A stretch of 64,000 bases of DNA from Trichoplax adhaerens. Its lineage: Eukaryota; Animalia; Placozoa. Numbering within the stretch: the stretch's first letter is position 1; every line of letters starts with the position of its first letter. Below are positions 28,635-41,900 of the stretch, piece by piece. The DNA lies in NCBI RefSeq assembly GCF_000150275.1, contig NW_002060947.1:294695-358694 (forward strand), in the 5' to 3' direction. Position numbers and translations under genes: made by a program. The notes under the pieces were generated by a model, which was not told the DNA's origin, ran no database searches, and saw nothing but the letters and a program-made list of their open reading frames with translations.

Positions 28635-31600
28635 TTAAGCATTCTTGTTATACAATATAGATTGAATTAATTCTTTGACGTCCGAGATGGATAAGTAATG
28701 CAACCGTTGAAGAATGCGCTTTTCACTAATTCCAGCTTCCATTAATTTAGCTGTATTCCCGCAAAGAAGAGCGTCATCCAGGTCATGATTCCAACCAATA
28801 AAGTCTAGAGTGTAACGATTGGGAAATTAATCAAAGATCTAGTCTATTGGATTTTACTATCAGTAGACAAAATCTAATAACTTATATACCATCTTTCGTT
28901 TTGTTATGCTTTAAATAATAACGTGTGTCATCACACTTTCCAGACAAAGCACGATAGACGCATGCCACTCCTGCCTCCGCCATTTGCATACTAGCAGCAA
29001 GAGCCTAAATTATTGGATATTCCAGCTTATTCTATAGATTAACTAATTCATATTCTGTATCGATAAAAAATAATTGCATTTAATTATTAGATAGTGGTCA
29101 TTTCTTAGCTAACCTTGATTTCAGCGTTGGTATCTTTTCTCATATCTTTCTCCCACATGCACTCTATAAACATAGTATATGCAATAAATGTGGCCAAAAT
29201 TATGAGTATCGACAGTATTCCTTATTGATTTAATATTTGGAATCAAATTTTAAAGTAAAATGCTCTCGCGCTTTATAAGGTTTTAAAATGTAAACTACTT
29301 AAGGTGTTACATGTGCAGTTAACTATTAATTAGTTTTCTTTCATAATACCATGGTGTTTCCGCATTTCTTGTACTTGATCGGCAACGCTATGTGCAGAAT
29401 ATCTGTCGCTAGATTTTGCATCCCGTAGTTCATAACCGAAATCGCAATAAAAGTATTTGCTAAGGATTTCCTCGTTGATTTGATTACTAAATTCCAAGTT
29501 TACATTTTGATCGCCAGTTGAAATTTTCGGAATATCAGGATCGTCGTTTTGTTGATTTAAATTTTCTTCGTCAATAAAAACGATTTGTTTTCTATGATTT
29601 TTCTCATCAACTGCTGCGGATGCTTCATTATCCAATATCGTACCTTTACAAAACTTATCGTGGTTATCATCACCATTATTTAATCGAACTTGATCCTGTA
29701 TTGTAACTATTATATTAATGAAAGATTTTAATAACTAATATTCACAAGCTTTACGATACTTTTACTAACAATCAATTATCTGCTGTTGTTTATGCTTGCT
29801 CGATAATGTTAGTAAATCATCAAGTGATTCGCGGCCATCCTTATCAATATTATTCAGGTACGCTAGCGAATAAAAGGGTATAAATGGAATTTCGTAATTT
29901 ATGATTCTCTTATGAATTAAATCTACCATCAATCTAGATAAATATTTTATAGTTACTTTAGCAGTAATATTGATATATTAAAGCAAACCTGAATTTTTTC
30001 CATCATCACTGTTAATTTGTATATTTTCATAGTCCAAATCACTGTTATATGCTTCACCTCCACCGACAACAGGACATTCATCCTCACCTTTTGCTGGAGC
30101 CAGCATGCCATTTTGGCTATTAACTTGTGGTAAAATAACTTGACTATCGTATTCATGACCAACAACACGGTCATAAAGGGTAGGTTCTGGTTCATTTAGT
30201 ATAATTTCCTCTTCCTGACACTCTTTATCATTTTCGTTTTCAGATACAAGATCAATTACTGGCGGATGTGAATTTTGTTCAGGCTTGCGAGAGGAACAGA
30301 TTGAAGCAACTTCAAAGCTTGTGTCAGTCCATAGTGTGATACTTGGCTCTCTTTTTAGCCGCTTGTTGCTTCCGTTGCTGATGGATATTTTCGATTCACC
30401 TTATAATCAGCGAAATAGCTGAATTATGATATGTTAAAAATATCTATGTCCTCATGCTATTATTAAGATAACATACTTTGATGCTTCATGACTTCTACTT
30501 GTAACTCTTTCTGCGATTTTACTGCACGACGATAGTGCTTTCGCATCAACTTCTTCTTGTAATGGTCCTTCATCGATTGCCACGAATGACAAGTTATCTA
30601 CATACACAGTTCATTTTTCGTATTAGAGCTATTGACAAGTCTATTATTAATGAATACGAGTATTGTACCGTATATAAGCATTACAAAGATTGAGAAGGAA
30701 ATAAAGTTGCTACCTTTTTCTTTTCCATCTTTTTCCAAATTTCATTACCACCAGCTGGTAATGCAGGACTACCATAGTTTTCAATATACTCTAAGATAGC
30801 AGCATCTTCGGCAGTAGTGTAAAATAAACGACTGAATAGAAAATACAACGATTATTTCCCATCTTATCTTACGTAATAAGCTATAGACTTTTATTGTATT
30901 CGAGTGCATTGCTTTCTTCTCAGTCATAGTAGTTCTTAGAAGTATTATCACTATACCGTATATCGTATGTATATTCATGCGCTAAACTGGAAAGCATGAT
31001 GTGGATATACATGTTACGAATACTGATCCTGGATGCAGAAATGTTTATCATAGTATACATTCATCTTCCGCTATACTACATCTCTAATAGCTTTACACAA
31101 ATTTTCTTCGACAGAATCTACCGTGTAACATTAGTAGCTATTTGTAAGATCCTTCTTGAACTGGTATTGCTTTCTTTATATTCTTAGATATGACATAACA
31201 ACTGACCCTGTCGATGATTTCTTAGTGCAAGTTTCAACCGCTCCTGAACGACTATCCGGACACCTAAGGAGAAAAAGTCAATTTGATAGTTTTGATAACA
31301 AAGTCTCTACTTGTTAATTCAATAGTCTAACACTTACATATAACTTTCAATGTCTTGAAGAGCATTATTGGCTACAGAATCGAATATGAAACTTGCGGAA
31401 ACATAACCAAGAGGCGTTAGAGTATCAGGTTCAGCAAGTCTAAGTAAACAGTGTTACACGTACAATTGTCAATAATTTCATCATCATTCTAAGTATTTAG
31501 ATACAAGCTTAACAACACCAATGTTGATAAAATTTGATTCACAGCGACAACAATATCACTAGAATAGATAAAGTCCCTATTGCAAACATAATTTTAACGA

Positions 31601-32029
31601 TATTGTTAGCCAAACACTACCTGATTACACCATCAGTAGGATGGACAATAACTTGACCGCCACAACTCTGAAAAATTGTAAAAGAAAGCACATCACTGAC
31701 GTATTGCTTTTACAGCAAGTAGCAATGTACTCATTGCTACTTTATACAAGTTTTCTTGATACCCTCAATTAGCCGTAGCTCATACTGAAAAATTTTTATC
31801 TGTACTTGCGACAATCGATTGGAAGATTAAACTTGCATCGCTACTGCTTTTTAAATTAATCTATCAAAGTCCCAAAAAATCTTGACTCCATTGCAAACTG
31901 GATGTTCAGAAATGAACTTACCTCGATCAACGGGCGTACTTTCCCTTTCGTAGGACATGGTTTAATATAAAATTTCATCGGTTTACCATCTGCATCTTGG
32001 AATAGATTTCGATTGAGGTTATCCCCCAT
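28635..32029 (-). CDS. TERF2IP: Telomeric repeat-binding factor 2-interacting protein 1 (RAP1), multi-exon
   Basis: The spliced reading gives an N-terminal BRCT domain (LFQDADGKPMKFYIKPCPTKGKVRPLIE|SCGGQV...YVSASFIFDSVANNALQDIESY) and a Rap1 Myb domain (GRLFYTTAEDAAILEYIENY...GGNEIWKKMEKKK|ITCHSWQSMKDHYKKKL). An acidic low-complexity middle is followed by an RCT-like C-terminus (GWNHDLDDALL...RILQRLHYL). Introns are GT-AG; middle exon boundaries are less certain. Confidence 0.9.
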
Positions 32030-32261
32030 TTTTCTCAACACTAGCTATACTGTCGTCAGCCTTGTATGTTAAAGCAAGAGCGATCAATATTCGATTTCGA
32101 ATATCCGTCATAAATAGGCTTAAAGGAATATTGAAGTCAGGAAGAAATTGCGGGCAAGCATTGGCAAACAGGAACAGCAAGATCTAGCTAGTGCAGCTAG
32201 CGACGACAACCTTGAGAATTTGAGTAGATTGGATATCAGCCAAACTGAGTCTGCGCAACCG

Positions 32262-33700
32262 ATGGCCTGGATTAGTGCCAAAGCTTTTAAGCTTTTAGTG
32301 AGGAATTTCCAGAAGAATTCCTTTCAGAAGTACTGTACTTGTACCTAGTTTTGGTGGGGGTTAACGTTGATATTATTGTTTTTATTGCCATATCAAACTG
32401 TCAGGGTGGATTCTAAGTCGTTGATTCCCGGCTAATAGATAAGATTTTGCTCGATTGGATGTTACTGAGGCTGACATCAATCCGATTGAAGGATCGAACA
32501 GCTCATAATTGTGCATTTATCGTCACAGAAATGAGCCAAAGTTTGTTGATGCTGCTAGCCCATTAATGAACCGGGGACCACCGTATAACTACAGGATGCT
32601 TTACTTAATTACTAAATAATGTAATGTACATTGTGTTAAGGAGGTTACCGTAAACTTAGTTATACGATTTTGTAACTGTAGAACGTTCCATTCCAATTAT
32701 ACAGTATACTTAATTATGAGGTTGTAACTTGATAGCGATCCATTCCGTTCATTCTGTAGTAGAAAGCCGGTTCTTTAATCGGGCAGTTTGCTATTGTCCC
32801 TGATAAAATTAAATATTTATTTTACAGGGTTTCTGTTTGATCATACTATAGCCCGTATTCTCCAAAGATAATGTTATAATTACAGAACCTTGCACTGTAC
32901 CTGGGACTAAATAGATAACCCCTCATTTACTGGCCCGTGATTGCACAATGTTTTGCAACAAAATGGCTTTAGGTTACGTTACAGTAGTAGTTCCATACCA
33001 GTTTGCAGGCTTTAGCTGATAAAATATGCTTCAAGTGCATACCTACTGAGTAGTTTGAAACATTGCAATGTGTGCTATAGCAATTCTATCAGTCTTATCA
33101 TACTGCAGTATTCATATTAGGATTTTTATCACTAGACCCGACTACTTGCAGTTTTGCTTCTATATTACACTACTAAATGAATGCATTCATGAGCTCTACA
33201 TTATTATGTACGCATAATGATACACAACTACAATAATCGTATCTTAAAAGGTACTACATACGTACAACGTAAATGTTACGCTATCTAAAGTTTCTTAGCA
33301 TTATCAGGCATCGTATTGTATAAAAAGTTAGGCAGTATTATCTTCTTTCTAAACTAGATTGCATTTGCCACCAGTGTATGACTTTACTACTAGGGGAGAG
33401 CGATATGATAAGAAAACTGCCAATAAAGCAAACGAGCTATAATCAACTCATTTATTGTATCCAGTATGGTCTTGACTTGTCGCATAAGGCGTTAGCAACT
33501 AATTGAATTAATTTAATGGTATTTCTACTAACATTTTTGCTATTCCAGATTGAATTCGTTCCATTACACTGTAGATATTTTTCATCAATTCGGTAAAGGA
33601 CGGTAGTGTTATCAATACTCCTAACTGCTAGTAATGGCCTTTATACAGCAGGATTATCTACCAGCTGATATATACTACCGTAGAAAACATTACATGCACA
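32262..33700 (+). other. Possible unidentified spliced gene divergent from RAP1; structure and end unresolved
   Basis: The ATG at 32262 opens MAWISAKAFKLLVRNFQKNSFQK, a basic/hydrophobic stretch with no acidic residues that resembles a mitochondrial presequence. Several good + strand acceptors follow (e.g. TTTTTACAG 32827, TATTCCAG 33549). No consistent protein could be assembled. Confidence 0.3.
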
Positions 33701-34325
33701 TTGCATGGACTTGGCTCTGATTTGTTAATCTGCATGATACGCAAACTATACGTAGCAATCCAGCCCAAAACTTAACAGTAAACTTTTAAAAGTTGCTATG
33801 GCTATTTTAACCGGAGAGTTCATAAGCAAATTCGGCTAGTTTCTATCCGATAAAAATATTTTGCAATATCATCTCCTGCTTGCTGTAAATCTATTATGAA
33901 TTGATTTGTATATAGTATTTATGATGTTTACTATCATAAAAAATGGAGGTTATTAACGTTTTATGATGAGAACTACAGAATTACAGTAAATCTCAATAGA
34001 CGGTAGTATCGGCTTGGATACGAGGCACGTTATACATAATAGTAATCAGTCAGCACAGGCAATAATTACGATAACATCCTTGAAAAGAATTCAACGTAAC
34101 TTAAATGTTTTGAGGTACCGTTATTATTTAGTGATAGTTTCGATTTACCATATAAAGAATCACGGTCGTATAAATTGCATTGGTTATGTACAGTACAGTA
34201 TAGTAATACTTCCGTGACGCTTACGCCATGGATTTGCATTGCAACCATCCATCTGAAATCAAAACAGCTCATTAAATTCGATTCTCCAATCAAAATTGTT
34301 CCCATCGATAGAGTATCACGCGGGA

Positions 34326-37300
34326 TCACAGGCCGGCCACACTATCTACGCTTTGTGATCCAATTTTCGTTTCGTGAATAAATTCCAAAGTAATATCTCC
34401 ACACCATTCATGGGTAATGCCTTTATGGCGAAGCATTGAACTAAGGCGAACAGAAGACTGGCTACAATGCAAATGGTAAATCAGTTACAAGTCATGCTTT
34501 AATGTACACTAGCATTATGGAGTAATGACCATGAAGTAAGCTAATTGCTAGAAATGCGCGATGATAAAGTCATCGATGAATGAGTCAGAATACCTAGAGT
34601 CGACTCGAAAGACATCAGCTGGAGTTAGAATATAAGTATTTCGGAAGCTATTTTTAGGTAAAGACATGGCCGTTACGGAAATATTCATTATAGGTACTGA
34701 AACCTGTAGAGGTAAATAAGATCAAAACGGCAATTACCGTTATTGTATCGCAGGCGCAGAGCTGAATTTATCGCAAAGTATTTCTAAGATGGACAAAATT
34801 AGGTTGTTCTAGATACTGTAATGTTTTGAAAGCTGCGCTTACGTAGCCAATCATCAAATCAAAAGTTGACTTTTCCTCTAAACGATACCAAACTGAGGCA
34901 TTTAAATATCTATGGTCCTTCTCAACTGAAAGGTGAAACTGCTCATTCCAGATCGGATCCTAATAAGTTATCAAAGCATAAATCGTAATTAAAGGTAGTA
35001 CAGAATTGACCTCTACACATAAGAAATGATGTCATTAATTAATCAATACTCTTACAGGTAGTACAACGTGAGACATTATAGCACAAAACTTCGCGATTTT
35101 GATTAATATATCTTACACAAGTTGTAGTAATTTCTGTGGTTCTACTAGTGCTCTCTCCCCCAAGGTCGTCAGCAACATTCACCACGGTATCCTCTTCATT
35201 GTCAGTACCGTCATATAGTATCCAATCTATGTAATTACAGGAAGTTAATAATTAGAAGCCTTGTAGGCTTGGACAGACTGTCGACGAGATTAGATTGTTA
35301 CAGATCTTATATGATAATAGCAGAACCTTTCCCTGGGTGAGTGTTATCGTCAAGTACACCAAATTCACTATTTGAAACAGCAGCGGCTAATTTAGCAGAG
35401 TCTCTTTCTACAGTGCTTTCTCCTGGAACCTCAGAGGTTGCATCATGTAATTGGTGAGATCCCATTGGCTTAATTTGCTTCCGTTGAATTTTTAAGTTAA
35501 ACCTGAAACCAAAATGTTCATAAACGTAAATAATAAAATGCAGAACATATACTCATACGCATTTATACAGCAAAGCAGCCATTACGGCTAACCTGTTCTT
35601 GCCCTTGATTTGCTTTACCACTTCTTTTAATGAAGAAAGGGCTTGGTTATCGACAGCAATAATTACATCGTCCTAAAGATTGTTTAGTTAGCTAAAATTC
35701 ATAGATGATAATTTTGATAATTTCTTGATCTACTAGGTACCCTTTTCAAATTTGCACGATCAGCTGGTGAATTCGGGATAACTGATTCAATTATAACAAT
35801 CTCAGCTTTCTGACCAGAACGTGAACTTCTTCTCATATCAAAACACTGTAATGAGGTAATTTCAGCTAATATATATCCAACGTGCCAACTAGCTATATTA
35901 TTTGTTTGCAGTTAGAATATACATGACGTACCTGTTTGAAGGTGACTCCAAAAGGCGATGTTTCGTCTTTTTCAACTACAGTATCATGAGTTACCCAATA
36001 ACCATACGGGAGTCCAACTTTGCCACTCATAGCACAAAATCCTGCGGAATGTATGTAGGATATTTCGCATAAAAATATAATCATTTGGCCGGTTTAACAG
36101 CAACGTAATAAGTGTTTACGCAACGAAATTTTCTAACATATCACCTAATGATAATACACAATAAACCGATGTCGCTTTTACTGCTCGAGATAGACGAGAG
36201 CAGCTCACCACTTTCACTGATAATTGCCCGCAAGACAATTTATTGTTGTGTATGTATACCTGTGTATATAGCAGTACACATAATCGATTATATCTTACGA
36301 AAAATCTCCTACATTTAGCCTACAAATATAGTTCGGTCTTGCAACTTTACTCACGTCTTGACGGTCATCCTATAATTTGTTTTTGTTATCGAAACGTAAG
36401 TGAATTTACAATAATGACTAATTGCTCATGAAGTTGAAATTTTTGATCAAACATATGATATACTATGCATGTGATTTTCAAAACTTTTCCTTACCTCGTT
36501 ATCTAGTCTTGGTATAAACGGCTTCATACTAAAAATAATTAAATTCATTATTATGAACTGTAAAGAAGAATTCGCAATAATTTTGGGAAGGCCGTGGGAT
36601 TATTTAATCGTATACTTGATTGTTGAAGATAATACATACCGAGGTACAGCATTGGGTAAAGTATGTTTCTTCCTTAAGGATCTTCTCAACTATCAATATT
36701 AACAATCTAAATTTAGTTTCCATCCGAGTTTGCATTAAGTCTGATACAAATGCAACAGATAAAACCATTACTTGGTTGGTTATAAGCGAAGCTAATTGTG
36801 GAAGTTTTCTCCCTTCAAATAATGTTTGAGCTTGAAATTGTATCTCAGGCTCCTAGGCATGAGTAAAAACGATTATATTTGAAGATTCGGAATATTTGGC
36901 GGCTGATTATAAGTAGGATAGGTTAAACACCAGCATACTTTGTAAAAGGAAAAAGACCAATGAGAGAATGGATGTCGAGTCAATTTTAAGCCAACTTTTC
37001 CTTTTAAGCTAACAACTTTAACGGAAACGTATGCGGATTTTCCAAAGATCTAAATGACAATATTAAGACAGTTAATAATCTCTGCTAACGAAATCTAAAG
37101 ATTGTACGAAGAACGGTCCAATTGTTTGCATTCTCACCAGATCGACATCAATTGCTAATTGGAATCCACCACTAACACGGACGAGTTACATTGGTATTAC
37201 AGTGTTAATTAAGTTAAAAAGAAAGAGTCAACGCCCATTTGCATCATACCACAATGTTTCATTTTATCTGTATATCGTTTAATGTACGACTCTGGTTATA

Positions 37301-38978
37301 CCTATAACTAATGTCGAGAGCGAAATCAATTTCCTAGATGGTAATCGTAAATAAAACCTAATAAGACATTATTTTTGTGGAGAGAAGTGAATATAGTATA
37401 CGGCTTCAGGCCATAGTAAATTGATAATCATGGACATGCTTACCTCTGGTACTTTGCTGGTATTGTTGTCCTTCGAGCTTGTTCTAACGATAGAAATCTT
37501 TTTGATGATCGGTAGTGAACTTCCTAATGAATAACCATTAATCTAAGCATAGAAAAATAGAACACTTATCAAGAATTCATATAGCAACCTAATCTGACGA
37601 TAATACGTTAAGAAAGCTGGAGGCTGCTGTAAGAATTTATGCGGTACGTATACGATTAATAGAATTTTAATAATTATATTACTTTCTATCAATTTTGAAA
37701 GTAAAAATGAACTTAACTTTCAAAGTAAGATGAACACATATCAACCATAATCTAAGTGATAACCAAATTGTTTCAACGTGACATACCGTAATACCAGTAA
37801 TAATTTTTCCAGCCGTAGTTCGTAGCAAATCCTCGAATTCTCCGTGGATTTTCTTTAAAAATATTCTACGGTATAAATATAAGTATTAATAAGCTATTTG
37901 AAAATTTACAATTACACGTCACATCATACTGCATCACTACAACACTACAGGCATTACGTTTTAAGCAGTCATTGGCCGTCATAGAATACCTGCATCATCC
38001 TCCTGTACAATAAAGAGCGCCTTAAAACAAAATATCTGACCTTCTAACAGCATCATTATCCTTCCATTCTCGGAATAGATAAGCCATAAACATATTAAAC
38101 CAGCTACATGTTTCTGATTCAGGCCTGCTGTCTGCTTCGAGTATTTTAAGCAAATTCTAAATTATTGGATATACGCAAAACAGAAGAAATCATTAACACC
38201 TATTTTCCAATAACAGCAACATTATGAGCTGATAATTAATTGATAAAATTTAAATACTGTACACTATATATATATATATATATATAGGGTATACATACTC
38301 GTACACATGTACGGTATTTGTAATATGATGTTGAATAAGATGTCTATATGTTAAGTAAACTTCAATCGTAGCCCTCACCTGCTTCATATTTGCCATTATA
38401 CTATAATATCAAGGATCATTTCTTTAGTATTGAAATGCTATATAGCATATGTAGGTGCTTACGTATAATTTTAGTCCTCTTTTCCGGACCGTGATCAATG
38501 ATTATATTAGCTACTAATGTATAACAATGCTAAAAGGGGGAAAATGGTCCTGAAATATAGTACTTCTTGGACGTTATACATTGACTAATTCCAGTACCGT
38601 TGATTGATACAAAATTGCTGCACAAGGTACTGATAGTCAGACTTGATTTAAATGTATTATCGGTAACTGATAATAGCAAACATAACTATTTCTATTCTTT
38701 AGATCATCGTTAAAACTGATGATGCTGTGACTAATCAACTAATTAACTGAGGAATGAAGTGTTGCTAATCATTAAGTGCAATAGCAGCTAGTAGAGAACT
38801 ATCTTGACGGATTATAATTATTTGATAATACCTTATCTAGTTCTACCGCTGCCCAATCATTCGATTTATCAGCATTAACTTTCGGTAAAGACCAAAAACT
38901 CTTGTAATAAATGTAACATTGCAGGAAGATGGTTGTTACAACACCGGCAAGAAAACTTGTAATGATTATAGTTATCAT
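34326..38978 (-). CDS. PDZD8: PDZ domain-containing protein 8 (ER membrane-contact lipid transfer protein; TM-SMP-PDZ-C2), multi-exon
   Basis: Exon 1 (38978-38832) is a TM anchor, MITIIITSFLAGVVTTIFLQCYIYY. SMP exons read ETCSWFNMFMAYLFREWKD, KKIHGEFEDLLRTTAGKII, GGFQLAIDVDL, FGKSAYVSVK...HPFSHWSFSF, FEGRKLPQLASLITNQ and RKKHTLPN. PDZ reads FGVTFKQ...IESVIPNSPADRANLKR|DDVIIAVD and C2 reads DPIWNEQF...YLNASVW. The last recognised exon is HKGITHEWCGDITLEFIH...TGA; the 3' end is tentative. Confidence 0.9.
38265..38286. repeat. (TA)11 microsatellite in PDZD8 intron 1
   Basis: Direct reading. Confidence 0.95.
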
Positions 38979-41900
38979 GCGTGCAAAATACGAGCTCAGT
39001 GATTATTACACGTAGTATACAACAGCAGTGGACGATGAACGGCCAATTTTGCTGGAACAGGTGAGATGTGATGCTTAATGGGTTAGTTACTTTATTTTTA
39101 GTCCCGTAATCAACGTACTGATGTCGTATTAGAAAGATATTTGAATCATCGCTGCTTGAATTAGAAATTGATGTTGTTGAAGTTTGCAATTACATGCATT
39201 CGTAGTCACATCGAGCAGGATTAATTGACTGTAATTGAGTTGACTTTATGCCACTATTGGAAGAGTACTTGAGATTAGGAATGGAAAGTTATACGCTCTC
39301 CTCCTCGTTTGAGCGTCCAAAATACAGTACTTTAGGATACAATCGAGTAAATAGGAAATTTTTCAGCTTCAAGAGTGACTATCGAGTAGTGTTCCGAATG
39401 AAGATGGATAAGATGGGCTTAATATTCTCTCAGCTAGGAGACTACAGTAAGTTGAGATTTCCTAATCCAATGTCTCAAACGTTACTTGCCCAACACTACG
39501 TCATCGAAACCCATACAGTTGCAGCTTGTGAAGACTACTGACTGCGTCATAGTATCGTTGGAGTGATCGGACCACTACTAGAATACCTGGACTGGACAGT
39601 GGACATTGGACATTCTTTTGAACGGACAGACATTCGGACTCATTCGGTCATCAAATTGTGTTAACCACTTCGTTATGGCGGTTCTGCAGAGAGTCGACTC
39701 TGAATTGACTGATTTTTACTAAATTAGGTAACATGTTATATTTCATTGCCTGTTGCTAAGCTCTGCCTGGAAGCAATAAATTTAGATCATAAATGTTTTG
39801 CAGATTAATACGAGTGATTTCGAAAAGAGCCACGGAAGATCCATCCTGAGTAATAATTTTCGACATTTTCGGCCTCAATTAATATGAAAAGTCCGTCCAT
39901 CCGAGGAGTGTCTAGTCGTCCGGACTACAGTGTACTGTATTTCTGCCGTGGTCCACGATTGTACAGTACAGTGTACTGTACAGTGTACAGTAATAGAAGA
40001 TGACGTATTGTACACTGTAAAGGACACGATTCGAGAACTCGAGGTGGCTGCTCGCCATTAACGGAAATCGCTAGCTTCAAGACTTATGCGCATATTATTT
40101 TTTATAGATATACCGATATATATTTCATTTTAATTTCAACGATAGCAGATTAGATGGCATCATATCATTCTAAGATACTAGTCGAATCCCACTCATCATA
40201 CTTCGCGTACTCTATATACTTGTTATTCTTACTTGTTATTAATTCATTATCACTGCACTCTTTCATACTGGGTAAATAGATGAACGCACAATAAGACAGT
40301 CGTTGTTGGATAGTTTTTCAATACTTGGGTAGAATTAATTTAGAGGATATCAGCTGCAACGAGGATGTAATCCAACATCGAGTTATCTATAGAGAATTAT
40401 TATTTTCCCTTGGTTGGCTTTTGATTCAATGGTTATACATGATCGCACTCGGCAAAAGAGTAATTCACGTAGTACTACAGTAGCTGTTTCCACTTTCACC
40501 CAGCTGCCGATAGGGTCTTAGTAACTGTAAAAACATCAAATATACAATGTTTGGTAGCTTAGCGATATCATCAAGTTAATCAACGTCAACATGCTATGAA
40601 CAATTACCGTCCACTATCTCATTTCTTGGAAAGTCATTCTATTTTTCATCCTATTAACAACCATATCACTTTTTATTGTGGAACTTATTGTAATGCAAGT
40701 AAATTTCTAGTAACAATGAATTATATTTGAATTCGATTCTTTGTCGCAAATATCGGATACGGATGTGATGATTTTCTAGAATTCATATAAAGCTGGTAAA
40801 CGTTGGTTTAGGAATTGGCAATAACAATCCATTATGATCGCATCATGCTTCTTTCCAAGCATTGAATAAATAATCGTACATAATATTTGTTTTTATGCTC
40901 TTTAATAACTGCAAATTTTCAGAATTGGATTCAATCAAGGGACGTTTGTGAGGCATATTTTTTAAATTTTATTTGTAGCATAAAGATACAATACCGCTGC
41001 TTAAGCATTGACGAAATTGACTTTTAATAATTTACAATAAGCCCTTAATCAATAGTAAATAGCTCCTGTGGTTAAAAGTTAATTAAAACTTAATGGATTA
41101 ATATAATGACAAAGTTGCGCTAGACGTGTCTTACATAGGGATGGGTCAATGATAATTTAGATTACTGGACTAGCACATAGTCAAAGATCAAGCCTTATAG
41201 AAAAAATTTTCCGCCAATAACATATTCGATAGAAAATACCCAATAAAACGTAGCAAGCTACAGTTTGAGTAAATATCTGAGAACTGGTTTGGTTTTCACT
41301 ATAGGGACGGAATTTAAAATGAAATACATATGTATCATGAGGTCTTTGATTGAGACAACTTTAGCTGCAATAGTGAATTTTTACCGTAATTTGGGCCACA
41401 TGAAATTGTAAAGCTGCAACTTGAATCTATTCAAACTCGAAAGTAATATGGTTAAATTCATCGAGAACTTTTTATCAGTTGGATTCATATTAATGGATAC
41501 CAAATTTGCTTGTGTCCTTCCGCGGTACAATATAATTTCCTAAGATTCTTCATATTAAAATCATAAGCACTGACGCAACGATGGATGCCATCTAATGACA
41601 ACTTGTCTATTATTTCTTATCATTTGATAACTCCATCCGATATATACAAGAAGAATAGACGTTTTTATTAGTTCACTTTATTGTGCGATAATTACGCACA
41701 CTATGAAATTTTATTGTATTTTGCTTCCCTAATAATACACTTACAGATGATGCACGTATTAGATAAAAATGTAATTATATAAATTTATAGAACAATTCCG
41801 AATTAATCTTGTCTTTAATTGATTAACTCTATACAAAAATTTAAGTAGAAAAAATTAGTTTGAAAACGGATATGTAATGGCTTGACTGCTATTACTTCGG

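Noticed and set aside
39248-39541. 97-aa + strand ORF as a protein-coding gene
   Set aside because: No recognisable domain; it lies in the probable PDZD8 promoter/5' region, where higher GC lengthens chance ORFs.
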